Source: Ruditapes philippinarum (Eukaryota). From it: a stretch of DNA of 64,000 nucleotides. Below are positions 40,758 to 55,560 of the stretch, in pieces; positions within the stretch are counted from its first letter, which is position 1; each line of letters begins with the position of its first letter. A model generated the notes under the pieces. It made no database searches, was not told the DNA's origin, and saw nothing but the letters and a program-made list of their open reading frames with translations. The stretch covers positions 124,001-188,000 of the forward strand of contig NW_026862116.1 of NCBI RefSeq assembly GCF_026571515.1, given 5' to 3'. The position numbers and the translations under genes are program-made.

Positions 40758-42011
40758 AGAGGATATTTAGATGTATTGCCTGTTTTCGGTCCTCATGTTA
40801 CTGTCCCTTGTATAATGGTATCCTAGTACACACTTATACTCTTTTATTTTATTCTTTTCAGTGGATTACTGATTTATCCGTGAAAATTATATTTGATAAT
40901 TTCACAGTGAAAATTATCAAAATATAATTTCACACTTTTCAATGACGCAACTACTTTTTTAAGATTTTCCCCATGTGGTACCTCAATTTTATTTTTGCTG
41001 ACAATTCTGACAATGTCAGGCTGTTTGAAGAAAAAGCAAAGCTGAAATTGATAAATAACTTAATTGTCAAAAGTAATAAAAAGAAGAAAACTTACATCCA
41101 TTCATTCAAATTCCAATCACCAAATTTCGTCTCTAAATTCTTTTTGTTTTATTTTAGTCTGAAAAATTCCTTCCTTCCACATGCAAAACTGCTCTTGATG
41201 ACATTTGGGCATATTAAAGTATCCTACGAGCAATAACTGCCGTATGCTTTATAAAAAATTGAAATGCAATGACAGCCATCACTCGAAGAATAAGTAAATC
41301 AACCCAGCGTTCAAGTTTTCCATTTTCCTAGCTGTTTTTTTTTAATGTTTACCCATCTGTCAATTCTTATTTTTTGTCTGTTACAATCCTCAAATAAGTT
41401 TTCTTTCTTTTAAAAAGGTGTATGACTAACAAATCCAAATGATATCCCTCTGAATCAAACACAATTATTTTTCTCCCGTGAAGTACACAACTTTAAAAAA
41501 TGGCTGCCGCTTAAAATTTAACAAAGCCAGGTCTAATATAAATTCGCAGTCAGTAACAGAAATATGGATGGATGGTTGGACTTTTTCTCCTACAAGAATT
41601 GTTTGTTTTTAATATTATTAAAACAAGCTATCATTCATAATTTTTTGATAAAATGAACAATATCGCCGTCATTTAACGTTGATCGTCGGACTTATTTTTT
41701 AGCCCAAGACTTCTTGTTTTTAATGAGAAATTCCGACTAAATGGGCTCTCAATGGGGAAAACAGATTTTAATATTAACGTTAATATTATGGAAATTTCGT
41801 TTTAACTTGTTTTTATGCATAAAATAAAAAGAAAAATGTGTTTGTTGTGTAAAGATGTTATTTTATTTCATCATCGGTGAACTTTAAAAAACAGGTTTAT
41901 TTTTTTTTTTTCACCCCCGTGTCTACGCCACTCGTGAGAATACTGTTTTTAAAAGGCCACTACGAATGAAATAAAATTTTCGTCTTACTCACAAACAAAC
42001 AAATATCCTCT
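40758..42011. mobile_element. Non-autonomous DNA element with AGAGGATATTT termini (Crypton-like, tentative)
   Basis: AGAGGATATTT 40758-40768 and AAATATCCTCT 42001-42011; internal palindromes such as GTGAAAATTAT...ATAATTTCAC and a CCACTCGTGA motif near the right end. Confidence 0.55.
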
Positions 42012-43494
42012 ATATATTCGACCTTGTTGGATTGCGACATTGTAAAATTACATTTTTTTTTTTTGTAAAACATAATTATACTCACTTGTTTCAACTTTGG
42101 TTGCATTTAATGCAAATTTATCTCTGCTTTTGACGTTCATTTCAGGAAAAGAAGAAAATTTAATTATATTTTTTTATTTATTTGTTTTTATTTTATTTTC
42201 CGTTATTATTTAAAACACATGTTGTAAGAAGAAGTATTAATAACACATTTCATTTACGGCTTTGTTGATAATTTACGACAATAAGCTTTTTTATTTTAAC
42301 GAAATTAGTTAATGTTCAATGTAACAAAAACATAATGGTGAACGTGTTTGGTTTTGAAATTAAAAAATTTTTGGCATTCAATGTTCAAGAAATCACATTA
42401 TCTTAACAACTTGCATTTGTGGTAAAATATTCGGGGTTCCGCTCTACTTGTCGGAAAAAGACAACAAAATGAGAAACATTTTGTGAATGAAATGAATGAA
42501 TAATTACAAAACCACGTAATAAATTTAGGCTTCCAAAATGGCTAGCATTGTAAAGACAAAAAATAATTAATATAACTTTGAAATAAATACAATTATAAAC
42601 CAATTTACTCACTGTGTAAATCAAATTATTTTTTCTATTCTGCAAAAACTTGCTTAAAACAACAACGACAACAAATTATTAGGTTGAGGTCGTTGTTATT
42701 TGACAGAAATATGCACATTTCAAGAAACAACAAATTTTTTTTTGTTCCTATTGTAAAACAAAACTTCTGCCTGGAATGAGGGCTGTGCCGAATTTTCGGC
42801 GGAGTCATGATGAAAATCAACTGAAAATACATCCTGGGAAAACTAAGAAAAGAACTTTTTTTTTAAAAATTTGGAATTTTAAAAGGGGGGGGATGGGAAA
42901 AAAAAGGAAATTGTTGGGTTTTTCCGTTTTTGGGGAAAATTTGAAATTTCAACGAGGAGGTTTTCAAATAACTCCCTTTTTTCTTAACCAAAATTGGAAA
43001 AAAGGGTTTGTTAAAGGTTTTTCCGAAAATCCTAAATTTGCAAAAAAAGAAAACCCAAAATGGTAAAATTTTTGAAAAGAAAAATAACTTTAAAATTACA
43101 AAAGTTTAAAATTAGGGCCCCTTTCCAAAAAATTTTTCCAAGAAGATAAATTTAAAACAACCCTTAAACAACATTTTTGGCTTTATTTTAAATAAGGTTT
43201 TATTTTTTTTCTAAAACCGTGAAAAAAGGGGCCCCCCCCAAATTTTTTTTTTTACTTTTTGGGAAAAAAAAAAAATTTTTCTAAAACAAACAAAAGATAA
43301 AGTAAGTGATAAAAAATTGGGGCCCAAAAACCAAAGCTTGCCTCCAAAAATTGATACCGTGCGGCTTGCTGGGGTTCAATTGACGGGAAATTAAGAATTA
43401 ATTTGTTGTCGGCTTTGATTGAAAATAGTTGTGCCCTTTTTTTTAACTGAAAAATAGGGGCAAGTATAAGTTATTTCTTTGATTAACTTTGATT

Positions 43495-43775
43495 CCACCG
43501 CCCCTTCCCCCGGGTCTCCTGTCCCCTTCCTTTTTGTGGGGCCTATTATTATTTTCTTTGGAATTCCTAGTCAGTTTACAAATTATTTAATCATTTAATG
43601 ATTAACCTGTCCGTGCTCTGTCTTTGCCCTGTCCTTTTTTTTTTGTTTTGGGGTCCGTGCGCCTGGGCTCCCCTTGCTCCCCATTTGGTTCCCTTGTTTT
43701 GCTGGGTCCAATATGGGGGTTTTTGGCCCGTTTCATTGAACGCCGCCTTTCCTTGTTGATCTTGTTTATCATATT
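43495..43775 (+). mobile_element. Module A (PLE pseudo-LTR) copy, sequence quality poor
   Basis: Ends in CATTGAACGCCGCCTTTCCTTGTTGATCTTGTTTATCATATT; upstream part is distorted by homopolymer errors. Confidence 0.8.
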
Positions 43776-46700
43776 GTATATACAAACAAGTAAAATAGTG
43801 TCTCTGATGTGCTTGTCAAAAGGCTTCATCTCTAAATCCGTATTTTTTTTAAATTTTACTCTAAATGTCTGATTTGTAGAGTTATGACAGTTTGTTTTTG
43901 TTTTGGTCAAATACTGCCAACAAATTTTAATGTAAGTATGCGGTAACACGGAAAAAAAAATTGGTAAAATTTGAAAAACATCTTATTATAAAATGTCTGA
44001 CTGACACTTTGATTTATTTACCCTATCACATAACTGCACTTTTGTTTTCGTGGGCAGTTAATGCATTAGTGTTGTTACTTAGCCGTTTTTTATTTATGTC
44101 TGTTTATGTGAGAAATGCCGCGAACTGTATAGTAAAAAATGAGAAATATATATGATCAATTTATTTGTGGTACAATGCCATATTACTACATATATTACAG
44201 TTAGAGGCATTGAATGTTTGGACTAGCAATAAATGAGAGGTGATAATAAGCAAATCGTTGTGTCTTTATATGCAGTATTTCTACCATACAGATGGCACAG
44301 GCACGATATTTGTTTTTTTTATTGTTGTGTGTGTTGTTTATATAAGTTACAAGCCTCTGAATAACATACATTTAGGATACTTGCTTTTTGCTGTAAGTGA
44401 TCCAACTTTTTTATAAGGGCAAGTATTCACAAAAATGGAAACATTCTTTCACAACTAACAATTTTGGGTTCTGAAACATGTTGTTTCTAAAACTTTTTTT
44501 GTTAAACCGGGCCTCAAAAATATTAATTTTTTTGACTTATAAAGTTAACGACCAAGGATTCGCACAGATTTATTACAGTAGATTAACTTCTATTTCCAAA
44601 AAGTAGTGCATGAAATGGCATACAATATCTTGTTTATTCATTTACGGATAGGTTTGAAGCATACGATAATTCTGTTTAAATGTCTTGATTATGCTCTTAC
44701 AAAGGATTCTGGAATAAATTAGCATTGCTCGTCCTGATTGATTACCTAGCTGTAAGTGTGCTTTCAGTTTCGTTGGCTTGTTAAGATAAATGTGTAAATA
44801 AGCGTAAAGGTCTTGACATGAACTGCACACAAATATAAAGGGCATTTTTGTCGCAAGCAAATAATCAATAATCAAAATATATTTGGTAAATACGTTTCTA
44901 TAGAAAATATTATCAAATTCACTTTGCTTCCTCTCTTTTCAAGATTGTTGATTAAATATGTGGATGTAGATATTTACAGAAGCATTAAAATATGACCTAC
45001 AAACAATCGGAGTTTGTATAAAATGACACTTTAGATTAAGAAACCCTCTGACGGAAATGCGGCAAGTTTGAGATACATGATATGACATATATTCAGATAT
45101 TTGTTTGAACATTTTTAAAACATGACTTTTTGAAAAACTGCAGATTACAGGAGCGCGCCGCGCCGCCTTTTACAGGGCTCGACGGAAAAGCTTATTGTAA
45201 CTCAACCAGGCGTCGCGGGTCTGCCAATCGGCCCCGGTCAAAACTTTGCGCGCAATGTTGGTAATGTACCCAAATACCAAACTGAAGGGATTCTTTTGAA
45301 AACTATTACACACCAAATAACTAGAATTTTTAATGGATTTTGACAGAAGTTATTTACAATAATTCTACAATAATTCAGACTCTTGGGTTTTACTAATCAA
45401 ACACTGAGTATAGTAGTGCCTACTGGTACTACTTGTCCTTTTCTTTCTTACAACAAATAACAGTTTGAATGAAGTTTTGTTGAATAGGCCGAACATTAAA
45501 TTACTTACTTAGTCAAACATTTAAAAAATAGCGATAACATGTTTAAATTAAATCAATGGATTTAACCAGTATTTGGAACATAATTATTTAAATACGCTGT
45601 TTGTAAAAAAACCCAAGTATCGTTGTCATGGTATCAAAAATTAAAACTAGAGAATTCAAACAGACAAAAATGGGGAATTAAAATAAATGAAAATTCAACA
45701 ATTATTTTTTTTAGTAAATCAGCAATTGAAACAGAAAAATTAGTAACGAACTTGAAATTTTTTTCCTAAAACATAATATTTTAGTTACAGAATATTTATT
45801 GTGTTTAACTGTATCCTATTTATTTCAAATAGACTGTTTTTCGTTTTGTTTTTTTAAATACCTGTAAAACAGTTAGTCTTTCGATACATTTGCACCTTAA
45901 GATTCTTGTTGAGAACCTCGATTATGTTTTAAGAATTAAAAAATGAAAAAAAAAAAAAAAAAGCAGAGAACAACCACCACATATAACACTTTCTATGACA
46001 TAATTATCGGAATAATGTATATTACGTCTCGTATATATACTCTACCAGTCAGCGAAAAGTATGCTCTCAATAAGAAAGAGAACAATACTCTTATCACGGC
46101 TAGTGTTATGCAATGATGAACCACCTAGTTTATTATATCACGGCGATGTCAAAATGGTGCCTTAAATGGCCGTCTCGCTAGAACACCCTGCTCCTGAAGA
46201 CGGTTTCTTACTTTTAAGAGGAGATTTCTGATTGTGGGATTGTTCTTATTTCTTTAGAATTCTAAAGACTTTCACCTTGTTATGTTGTAACATTTTCCGA
46301 CCGTTTAATTGGAACTTTTGCTCCGTATATAAGATACCGGTCATGTAAGGTTCGTGAAATATACACAAGTTTATACATATAACGTATACATATACTAAAC
46401 ATTAGTGTCAGTGCATAAAATTCAAGCTTTAAATGACAGTATGGTAAGTAGTTTGCATTTAGCAGCATTATTGTCTGAAACGTAAAGATAAATTCTTGTT
46501 ATTGCACACTGTTGTAATTTGTAATCTCAACATTTCTAAAAAAGCTGGATTGCAACTTAGGAAAATTATGATAAAATCTTTCTTTAATAAAAATAGATGG
46601 TTAGTTTTTGATGTTTATTATCAGGAACATGCAGAGATAACCTAGTTTCAACAATAGTTGAGTTGTTATAGAGCTACAGTATAGAAATGCATTGTGTCTT

Positions 46701-46846
46701 AGTCTTGTCCTTGAAAACCCATACTGATTTTGGTTTTTTTTTTTATTTTGAGAAACGATCTGTTAAGCTCATCTTCAGGAAAAAAGATGCCAAAATAGCG
46801 TTTATGATCGGTTACATTTTGTCCAAGGTCTAGTGCCAATTGTTGT

Positions 46847-46849
<3 letters not shown>

Positions 46850-46878
<29 letters not shown>
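46850..46878. repeat. (TA)n microsatellite
   Basis: Direct inspection. Confidence 0.95.
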
Positions 46879-46881
<3 letters not shown>

Positions 46882-49800
46882 TTATAAATTGACCCCGAAT
46901 TAGCAAACTGCATTACATTTATTTAAAATACAGATTGTGACAGCGGTACGGAGTGGAACTGCATAAGTAAAATTGTTGTTTTTGTTGTTGTTTTTGCTTT
47001 GTTTACTTAAATAATATAAAATATAAACAGACCACACATGAAAACTTGTTTTGCGAGCCTTTTTTCTAACAGTTACTAAAAACTTTAGCGGTTAGATCTT
47101 AGGTGTGAAACAAAATGATTATTTATATTCTTCTGTTTTACTTCCTGATGAAGGTTCGATAGAAATCTAAACAAGCTCTGGTGTTGACATGTTGTTCGTA
47201 CTTCTCCATTTTTCTTCTTATTTTGATTTCTATTTTAGAGATATCTAAAATTGCACGATACTGATTAATTCGTTTTTAAAATCAACCAAGCATTGAGGTT
47301 GAATAATATTCGCAATTAATTTATAATCTTGTTTATACTGAAACTCCAAATATGTCAAACTTTGAAACACCAACTGATTAAATCAAATGCAAATGCAAGC
47401 AATCAAGGCGACACACAGAACATTTTATACTGGTAATTAGTTAAAAATGAGATAGTAAAACAATAATATTTAAAAAAACAAAATGGTTTTGGGGGTTTTG
47501 GTTTTTTAATAGTTTTTGAAAAAAAATATACGATGTTAAAAATTATGTGTGCTTATTATTTCCTCAACTAAACGTATTAATTCTTTAACTCCGGATTTTT
47601 AAATAAAACAAAATGCTTCGACTTTAGAAAATATGTTTTATATGTTTGCATGTGTGATATAAGAAGTAGCAATAATCGAATAATTTTATTTATTTTCCTC
47701 TTTTATGCCAAAAAGAAAAGTTTCTCTAACCAACCTTTTATGCAGACAGTGGAAGGTTTCTGTTGTAGATGAGAAATTGTAGACGTTTCTCGGGGTAATG
47801 CTTTACAATTGGCATATCAATTCCGTTAGATACATGTATGGTTTCTACTGAAAACATAATTTTAACCATTCTTTGTTCTTCAAAATGTTATTAAAAGACT
47901 TGCATTATATTTACATGTGCAACCATAAATATATTTTAGGTGAGTACTTTTGAGGCATTTTTCTTTATCGTTATTTCAGTTTCCTGTCGCAACTTATAAA
48001 TCCTTTCCGGATTAAGACTAGTTCTATATCATCATACATGCTAGTAACTTATATTTACTAGTAGATCGTAAATCCGTGTTGTCCTATAGGGTCTTTGAAT
48101 ATTCATAACATTGCATAACAGTAAATTGAAACGAACAGACTTAATATTAAATCAGGTATTTTACTTAATGATAAATCAAAAAGGTTGTATAACTTTAAAT
48201 AGCAATTTGTTTTCATACTTCTCAACAAATTTGTCAATAAAATATCTAAGAATATATATTTCTAAATTGTGCTCAAAGCACATCTTATCAGTACTCTATC
48301 CCATGTTGCTTTTAAGACTGTTTCATATATCAAACGAAGAAAAGCAAACATTACGTTGTCTGAAACTTATTTATATTAGGAATATCGAGATAGATTACGC
48401 ATAAAATTGCTTCAATAAACCTGTCCAAAATCTAGATTAATGCCGGCAATGCAGACAAGGCTTAGTTCGCAAAAGAAACCCGGCCAGCAAATTACAAAGT
48501 ATTACCTGCTACATAGAGGTTCAACATCATTAAGTAAAAATGACTTTATTGAAGATTTTATCTTTGAAATTGTGTACATTATTTCAATATTCCATTAAGG
48601 TGTACCTTCTGTCACAGACGAAATGCACTGAGTATTTCATTGTGTTAATTTGATAAAGAAATATTATCTTAGCTTATTTGAAGTAGAACAAAAGGATTTC
48701 ATTTGATACCGTGGTAGCTTTCTAAAAACACACATCATGCTATCACGGTAGTATTTAGACGAAATCTAAAATTAAGACTGTTGATGCTGTTGCTTTTTGT
48801 CTTGTTTATTTTTCTTCATCTCTTGACATGCTTTTATAAATAGCAACATTAAAATACTTCAGTACTTATTTTTGTACAATTATACTGTCACACAAAATAA
48901 TACCGCTTTTGCAAATTTAACAATTATCTTTTACATCTATATACATGTAGGTGTATTTCTTTTGATATTGTTTCCTACTAATGATAAGTTTACTATTGTT
49001 ACTGTCAATAATTACAAGTTGATGTAGCATACCGAAATAAATGTTTCATTAAGATAGATTGCATTATCCTTGAACAACCATATTCATATGGATGATTATC
49101 TATAAAAAAAAACTTGAATCATTATAATTGATTTCGACGAAATCATGTGTGTCTTTTGTATCAGAAAATGACGCACCTAAAATTATTTGATTAAAAACAC
49201 CTTTATGCCTGTTTGACAGGAATCTTATAACATGAACGTGTGCTAATTTATTCATTTATAAAATATCTGGCATTACAGCTATTTTTGACTTCAATAATTT
49301 ATTTATATTAAAATTTATTCCATTCCATCCACCTACGTTTAAATGTAAATGACACCATTATTCATTGCACTTGATAATTTCTGTTTTTAATGTATCCTAT
49401 ATTTGAAACAAATTTTGTTTTGCTCACATTTCAGAACTAATAACTTATCACATAATATTGTCCTTTTTTCAATAAAATGTATATTGTACACATAACAAAT
49501 ATTATTTTGTGTTTTTTATGCTGGTCAGGATCAATTTGGACACAATTCTTGTTTCATGTAATCATATTGTACTGTCTAAATTTATTATCACTGTCAAGAC
49601 ATTGTTTTTAAATGTTTCATGAATAATACAAAATATCTTTTACACACGCCATTGTGAATACTTTCACAGTGAATAACATGCTTTAATATAGGTTTCTAAA
49701 ATGATGTATAAACAATAATTAAATGCCCACTTATAAACATTTTTAAAATTGAATTTCATTATAAATAATGCGATAAAATTTGTCAAAAGAATTTACTCAC

Positions 49801-52800
49801 ATAAACATTGTTGTAAAATTGTTGTTAGAATAAAAAATAAAGAAAACCTCCTTGTTTTGCTCTTTGTTGAAATTTATTCAAAGCAAATCTTTTCAAATAG
49901 TATTTTATATTTATTCAATCAATATATAAACAAATGACTATATGTCAAATCGTATTAAAAATTGGCTATTTTTTGTTACTGTAAAAAAATAATAATCAAA
50001 TGTAATTCTAGTTATCACATGGCTTAATGTCGCCTATGTTAATGAAAAAAGACGCTTGTGTAAAACAAACAATTCTAATTTTCATTGTCTTTGCCATAAA
50101 ACATTATGCATTATTGTTTAGACTATAATTATATAGTCATGATATAATTATATAATGTCGACATTCTAGTAAGGACATTTAAATAGAAATAACTACATGA
50201 AATCGAACAATTTGCATTTAAAGTAGTTCATAAAGCATAAATGACTCCGAAATAATGTAAGCAATTATAAAAATTACATATTAGTTATAGTGTTTTTACA
50301 TTTGAGATTTATACAATAATATAATTGCATAGCTATGTGTAATGGTATGCAATCATTACTTTGTTACAGCCTTTGTGTCTATCTTATTACTTAAAAACTA
50401 CTTTGTAATTATTTGTTAATCAATCTTTAAAAACAACATTATAATAATTAAAGTGTAAAAGTTCGAATCACAAAAAAATTAACTCAGATTTAATACCAGA
50501 ACATTATCGGTAAATACCCATTTCACAAAAATACTTGTTTTAGCAACAACAAGCTAGATTGAGGTTTGCACTACTTTTATGTCTATTTTTATTCTATTCT
50601 CCTAACATGTCCTTTGTGTCATGTGGCATTAGTACTTCCAAGTTATGAACGCAGACGTAACTTGTCCAACAACTAGGCACCCATCATAACCAATTTAAGG
50701 GAAGAAAAACGAGAATGGACACAAAGAGCGAAGTCAGTATTATGACACTTGCTTCAGATATTTTAGAAAACATTAAACTCAAACGCGTTACATTTAAGTA
50801 TTGTTATCTACAAAAAATTGACATCCAAAATACACATTTAATTAGCTAGCATGACGTATGAAAAACACATGAATGCAAATGACATCTAAACAGTTGGACC
50901 GCACATCCTGCAATCTGTAATGTGTTTCAGCACTCGCCAATTATTAGACAGACAATTTGGATTGCATGCTTGTAAATGATTTTACCATTATTAGTAGTTT
51001 TGCAACAGATGTATGTTGAGATGAATTATGTTTGTCTCGCCAGTTTCAGTTGATATAAGTAATTGAAAGTGGTAGGCAGTAAGTGTACAATAAGATTATG
51101 TTCATGTGAAGTTATTGTGTACACATCACAAGCTTTCAAATCCCGTCTAAAATTTGGGCTCTAGAAACTAAGGGTCACATTTCCATATACATATGCAACT
51201 TGCACAAGTTAACAGTAATTCATAACTTTAATAGACATAATTATTTAGTTAAACTTATTTGCATACGTTCTTTCTCTAGAACATAATGAACTGCTTTATT
51301 TTATTTAAATTGTTAAACTATAGGTCATGCATACATGTTTTTCGAGACTACTTAGTTAACAAAAGTATTGTAACCATCTTCTTATATAATGATTTAAAGG
51401 GAATGATAGCCATTAATTCCATCAGTTGTTAATTCAATTTTGTTGTGTTGTCTTTGTGTTTTTTATCGTTTATGCTAGCTGTTGTATGTTTTTTTTTCGT
51501 TTTTTTTATTTCATTTTATTTTGTTATCGAAACAGAACTGGTAACAGACAGAACGGACTGTAGGGACTTCTTAAAACATATTCATATACTTACTGTAAAC
51601 GTTCTCAAACTTTAAAAACACGTCAAATTCGACTACATGATTTATAAGATAAAACACATATTTATATCCTTCTTTTAATACACATTGCCTTAAATATATG
51701 CCCTTGAGTGACCTTCATTTGAAATTTACCTCATACAGAAACATTCAAAGCTATGACAACAAGAACTATACTTGTTCATCGCATTTTCAACCTTGTAAGA
51801 AAAACTTCAATCTTTCCCGATTTTAGCCATTTTAACGTGGACTTAAATATGTTGAACTACCGGATAAATATATTTGTTTATTAAATTTTCTCTTCTATCA
51901 ACTAGTTTCTTTAGTAATTGGCACTGCAACTCGTTATACATTTATTTTATGTAACAAAGAATATTATATAATTAATTATATATATAGCATTCTAAAACAC
52001 AATATAAGAAAGCAAATGAATAGCTTACTGAAGAAGATTCTGAGTATTATAATCAGCTGTTGGTATAATTGATTACAGTACCTAAATTCAATACTTCTAT
52101 ATTGCAATTCAATTTAAATAAAGTACATGCAAAACTTGAAATTTTCTTAGCAGCATAAACAATACATGACAATAAATCCCTCGACTTATTGCATAAATTG
52201 CATACATCGGCTTGCTTCAGCGTTAGCGTTAATAGCAAATATATTATGTGTACATGTAATATTAATATCATCATTAAATGCATAAACGTATGTTATTAAC
52301 GAGAGCTCAATTAAGAAACATGTATTCAAGTACGACTTTAAGAGATATTTATTTGGTTTTTACCAGGCAGTTTAACAGTGAACTATAAAAGAGCATTGGA
52401 TGAATCAGTACTTTAAAAGTCATCCTGCTAAGCAAGACATATTTATTATATCAAGTTTTTTATATCTGGTAAGAATAAAATAAATGCAAACTATAGTTAA
52501 TTTCGTATGCTACATACATATAGACAGAATAATACTTGTATAATAAACTTGTTATTGTGCATGAACTTAGAATATATGACAAATGAAACACTTTAAGCTG
52601 AGAATAGTACAGGATCAATTCGCTCGTTTGCAAGCTCTCTCCGTTGTAATTGACAAGTATGCTTATTTTAAGGGCAGATAATTAAAAGGACTCTTCTAGC
52701 TCGCTCGAGTGTCCCTTATGTAGTTTACCAATTTTGAAATAAATACCTACCACTTCTATACATGTACCATGTACCATGTAAAAAAAAGAGTTAATATTTA

Positions 52801-54007
52801 TTTTTCAAAAATGTCATGTTACAGGAGAGTAAGCTTTGTAAGCTTTATATTTCCAGGTATATATCAAGTTTGATATTGTTCTTGCTAAAACAATTTTGTA
52901 ACCAAGTCTGTAAACTTTAATTCTTTTAGAACTATGACAAAACACATGTTGTTGCTTCTAACTGACAATTTTGTTTCAATGTTTAAATAACTTTATACTT
53001 TTTTCATAACCCATCGCGAACAGTCTAAATCAAACCGAGTCTGTTTTTTTTTTCATATATTTTTGTTGCGATAAACTTCCGGGGGATAGCACTTTATTCA
53101 GATTTTTATAGTATCTTGGAACAATTGCTAAAATAAATGAGCATGTTGCGTGTTTTATTATATTTCAACTACTTATATGTCAGTACCTAAATTCATGCCT
53201 TCTTTATCACTTATTCACAAATAAAGAGCTATCTTAACTATTATTTGAAATGTGTGTTTATCTAAAATATGCAATGTCTCCTTGTAAATCTGTCTGAAGG
53301 GCAATAATAAGTAGACGCCCTATCTATTATTAAATGACTTGAACAAAAACACTTTCGTAACGAACAATGTATCTTTTATGATACATAAACGCTATAAAAA
53401 TACTTTTGTTAGATATAAGATATATGTAGTAATACACTTTTATTTTCGTTGCACAGATGATGATACACAGGTTTATATGACTACGTACCTTTTATGAGCA
53501 GTGCAAATACGTTAAAGATAATTCACGAAGTATTCCGGAGAATGTAGAAAACGCTCTGAATGTATCATTTTTAAACTGTCATGTATATTTACTTTGTTTA
53601 TTTCATTATTTATAGTGTATTGATCAGTGTCAATGTTGACTCAAAGCCGTGATCTGCAAAATGTAAGTGTAATGTTATGCATTATATTTCAATGTACTTG
53701 AGCCTAAGCCTGAATGTATAACACAAAGGTTAATTTCCGAGGCATGAGGTACCTTCGAACAGCAAATCATATTATACATAATATGTATTTTTGGAAAAAA
53801 TACTTAAATTAAATACTTAATTATTTTTTCGTATTTTTTTATATGACAAACATATACTTTTCTTCCCTGGTCATACTTCAAACAAATAAAAACAGACGCT
53901 GTGCTTACATCTTGTTCTGTAATAAAATGGTTAAAAACTGACAGGAAAAAATCAAAATCAATAGTGTTAAATACGGAAGCACAGAGGGGACATTTTCCGA
54001 TTTTATT

Positions 54008-54360
54008 TTATAACTCAGAAAAAAACAAAAAACAAAAATTCTCTATCTTGTTCCCACGAGATATAACTTAGAAAAAAAACAAAATTTGCTATCTCGTGGC
54101 CACGAGTTATAACTCAGAAAAAAACAAAAATTCGCTATCTCGTTCCCACGAGATATAACTCAGGAAAAAACAAAAAACAAAAAATCGCTATCTCGTGGCC
54201 ACGAGTTATAACTCAGAAAAAAACAAAAAACAAAATTTGCTATCTCGTGGCCACGAGTTATAACACAGCAAAAAACAAAAAACAAAATTTGCTATCTCGT
54301 GGCCACGAGTTAGCCGACCAATCAGATGCACCCACCTATGTCGTGGTAACGAGTTAGCTG
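54008..54360. repeat. ~50-60-bp tandem repeat with palindromic CTCGTGGCCACGAG core, 5-6 copies (transposon subterminal-type)
   Basis: TATAACTCAGAAAAAAACAAAA...TTTGCTATCTCGTGGCCACGAG repeated. Confidence 0.9.
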
Positions 54361-54499
54361 ACCAATAAAATCAATCTTGCGTTCGCAAGAGTTGCCCCCC
54401 TTTTCAAAGTACGCGCCATTTTCTGAGAAGGACGATGTCAGAAGATAACTTGATAGACTTTCTGCGAAAGAAAGGCGTAGAACAGATACATTTTGACCA

Positions 54500-55560
54500 A
54501 CTTATATAATTGCCATTGACTTATGCAAATTTGCAATTTTCAACTTGTGTCGCACGTAACTCAAGAAGTATTTGACCTAAATTTATGAAACTTTACAGCA
54601 ATGTTGCTCATCATGTAAAGTTGTGCACCCGAGGTTTCGCTTGTGGATTAATTCTGTTTTTGAAAAATATTGCCGTTGAAGTAGTAAAAATTTGCAATTT
54701 ATATATGGTGTCGCACTTGGCACAAAAAGTATTTGTCCTAGGGTCATGGAACTTCACAGGAATGCTAATCAGCATGTAAAGTTATGCGCCTGGGGTTTTG
54801 CTTATGGATTTATTTTGTTTTGTAAACGTTATTGCCGTTGACTTAGTAAAAAATTGCAATGTTCAACTTGTGTCACACATAGCTCAAAATGTATTTGACA
54901 TAGTGTCATAAAGCTTAACAGGAATGTTGATCAATATGTGAAATTGTGCACCTGGGGTTTCGTTTGTGAATTTATTTTTAGTTATTGCCCTTGACTGAGT
55001 GAGAATTTGCAATTTTTAATTTGTGTCGTGCATAGCTCAAAATGTATTGATCTATAGTCATGAAACTAAACAGGAATGTTGGTTAGCATGTGTAGGTGTG
55101 CATCTTGGGTTTCGCTTCTGGATTATCCAGCATTGTTAGAGCTATTGCCCTTGACTTAGTAAAACCCGTTCCGTTGTGTTATTTGTTCCTTGAGTGCTTG
55201 ACTAAGAATCAACCAACTTTACAGGGAAAATGATCAACATCACTGTGAAGCTTTGCACCTTGGGTTTTGCTTGTAGATTTTTGTTCAGTTTTGTTAGACT
55301 TATTGCCCTTTACATACTTTAAATTTGCAATTTTCAACTTGTTCATGCATAGCTCAAAAGGTTTTCGACCTATATGCTATAATGTTTACAAGAATGTTGG
55401 TTAGCATGTGTACTTATGCACCTTGGGGTTCGCTTGTTGATATATTCATTTATGTAAAGTGTTTGCCATATAATAAGTAAAAGATTTTAGTTGTCAAGAT
55501 GTAGCATAATTATGTAGCCCAAAAATATTTGATCTGGAGTCATAAGATTGACAAAACAGT
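54500..55560. repeat. Diverged ~160-bp satellite, about 6 monomers, HINE-type internal array
   Basis: Recurring TTGCAATTTTCAACTTGTGTC...GGAATGTTG.TCAGCATGTG.AGTTGTGCACCTGGGGTTTCGCTTG...TTATTGCC.TTGACTTAGT; termini not resolved. Confidence 0.85.

Noticed and set aside
8385-44290. Short shared words (CAGTTAGAGGCATT, ATATGCAGTATTTC) at ~8400-8435 and ~44198-44281
   Set aside because: Order is swapped between the sites and the matches are too short to call homology without alignment statistics.
47145-47175. Minimal hammerhead (CTGATGA-AGGTTC-GATA-GAAATC-TAAAC)
   Set aside because: GAAA core is missing, stem II is mismatched and no stems I/III were found; at best a dead remnant.
54008-54360. CRISPR-like palindromic repeats
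   Set aside because: Intervening sequence is also repeated A-rich DNA, not unique spacers.
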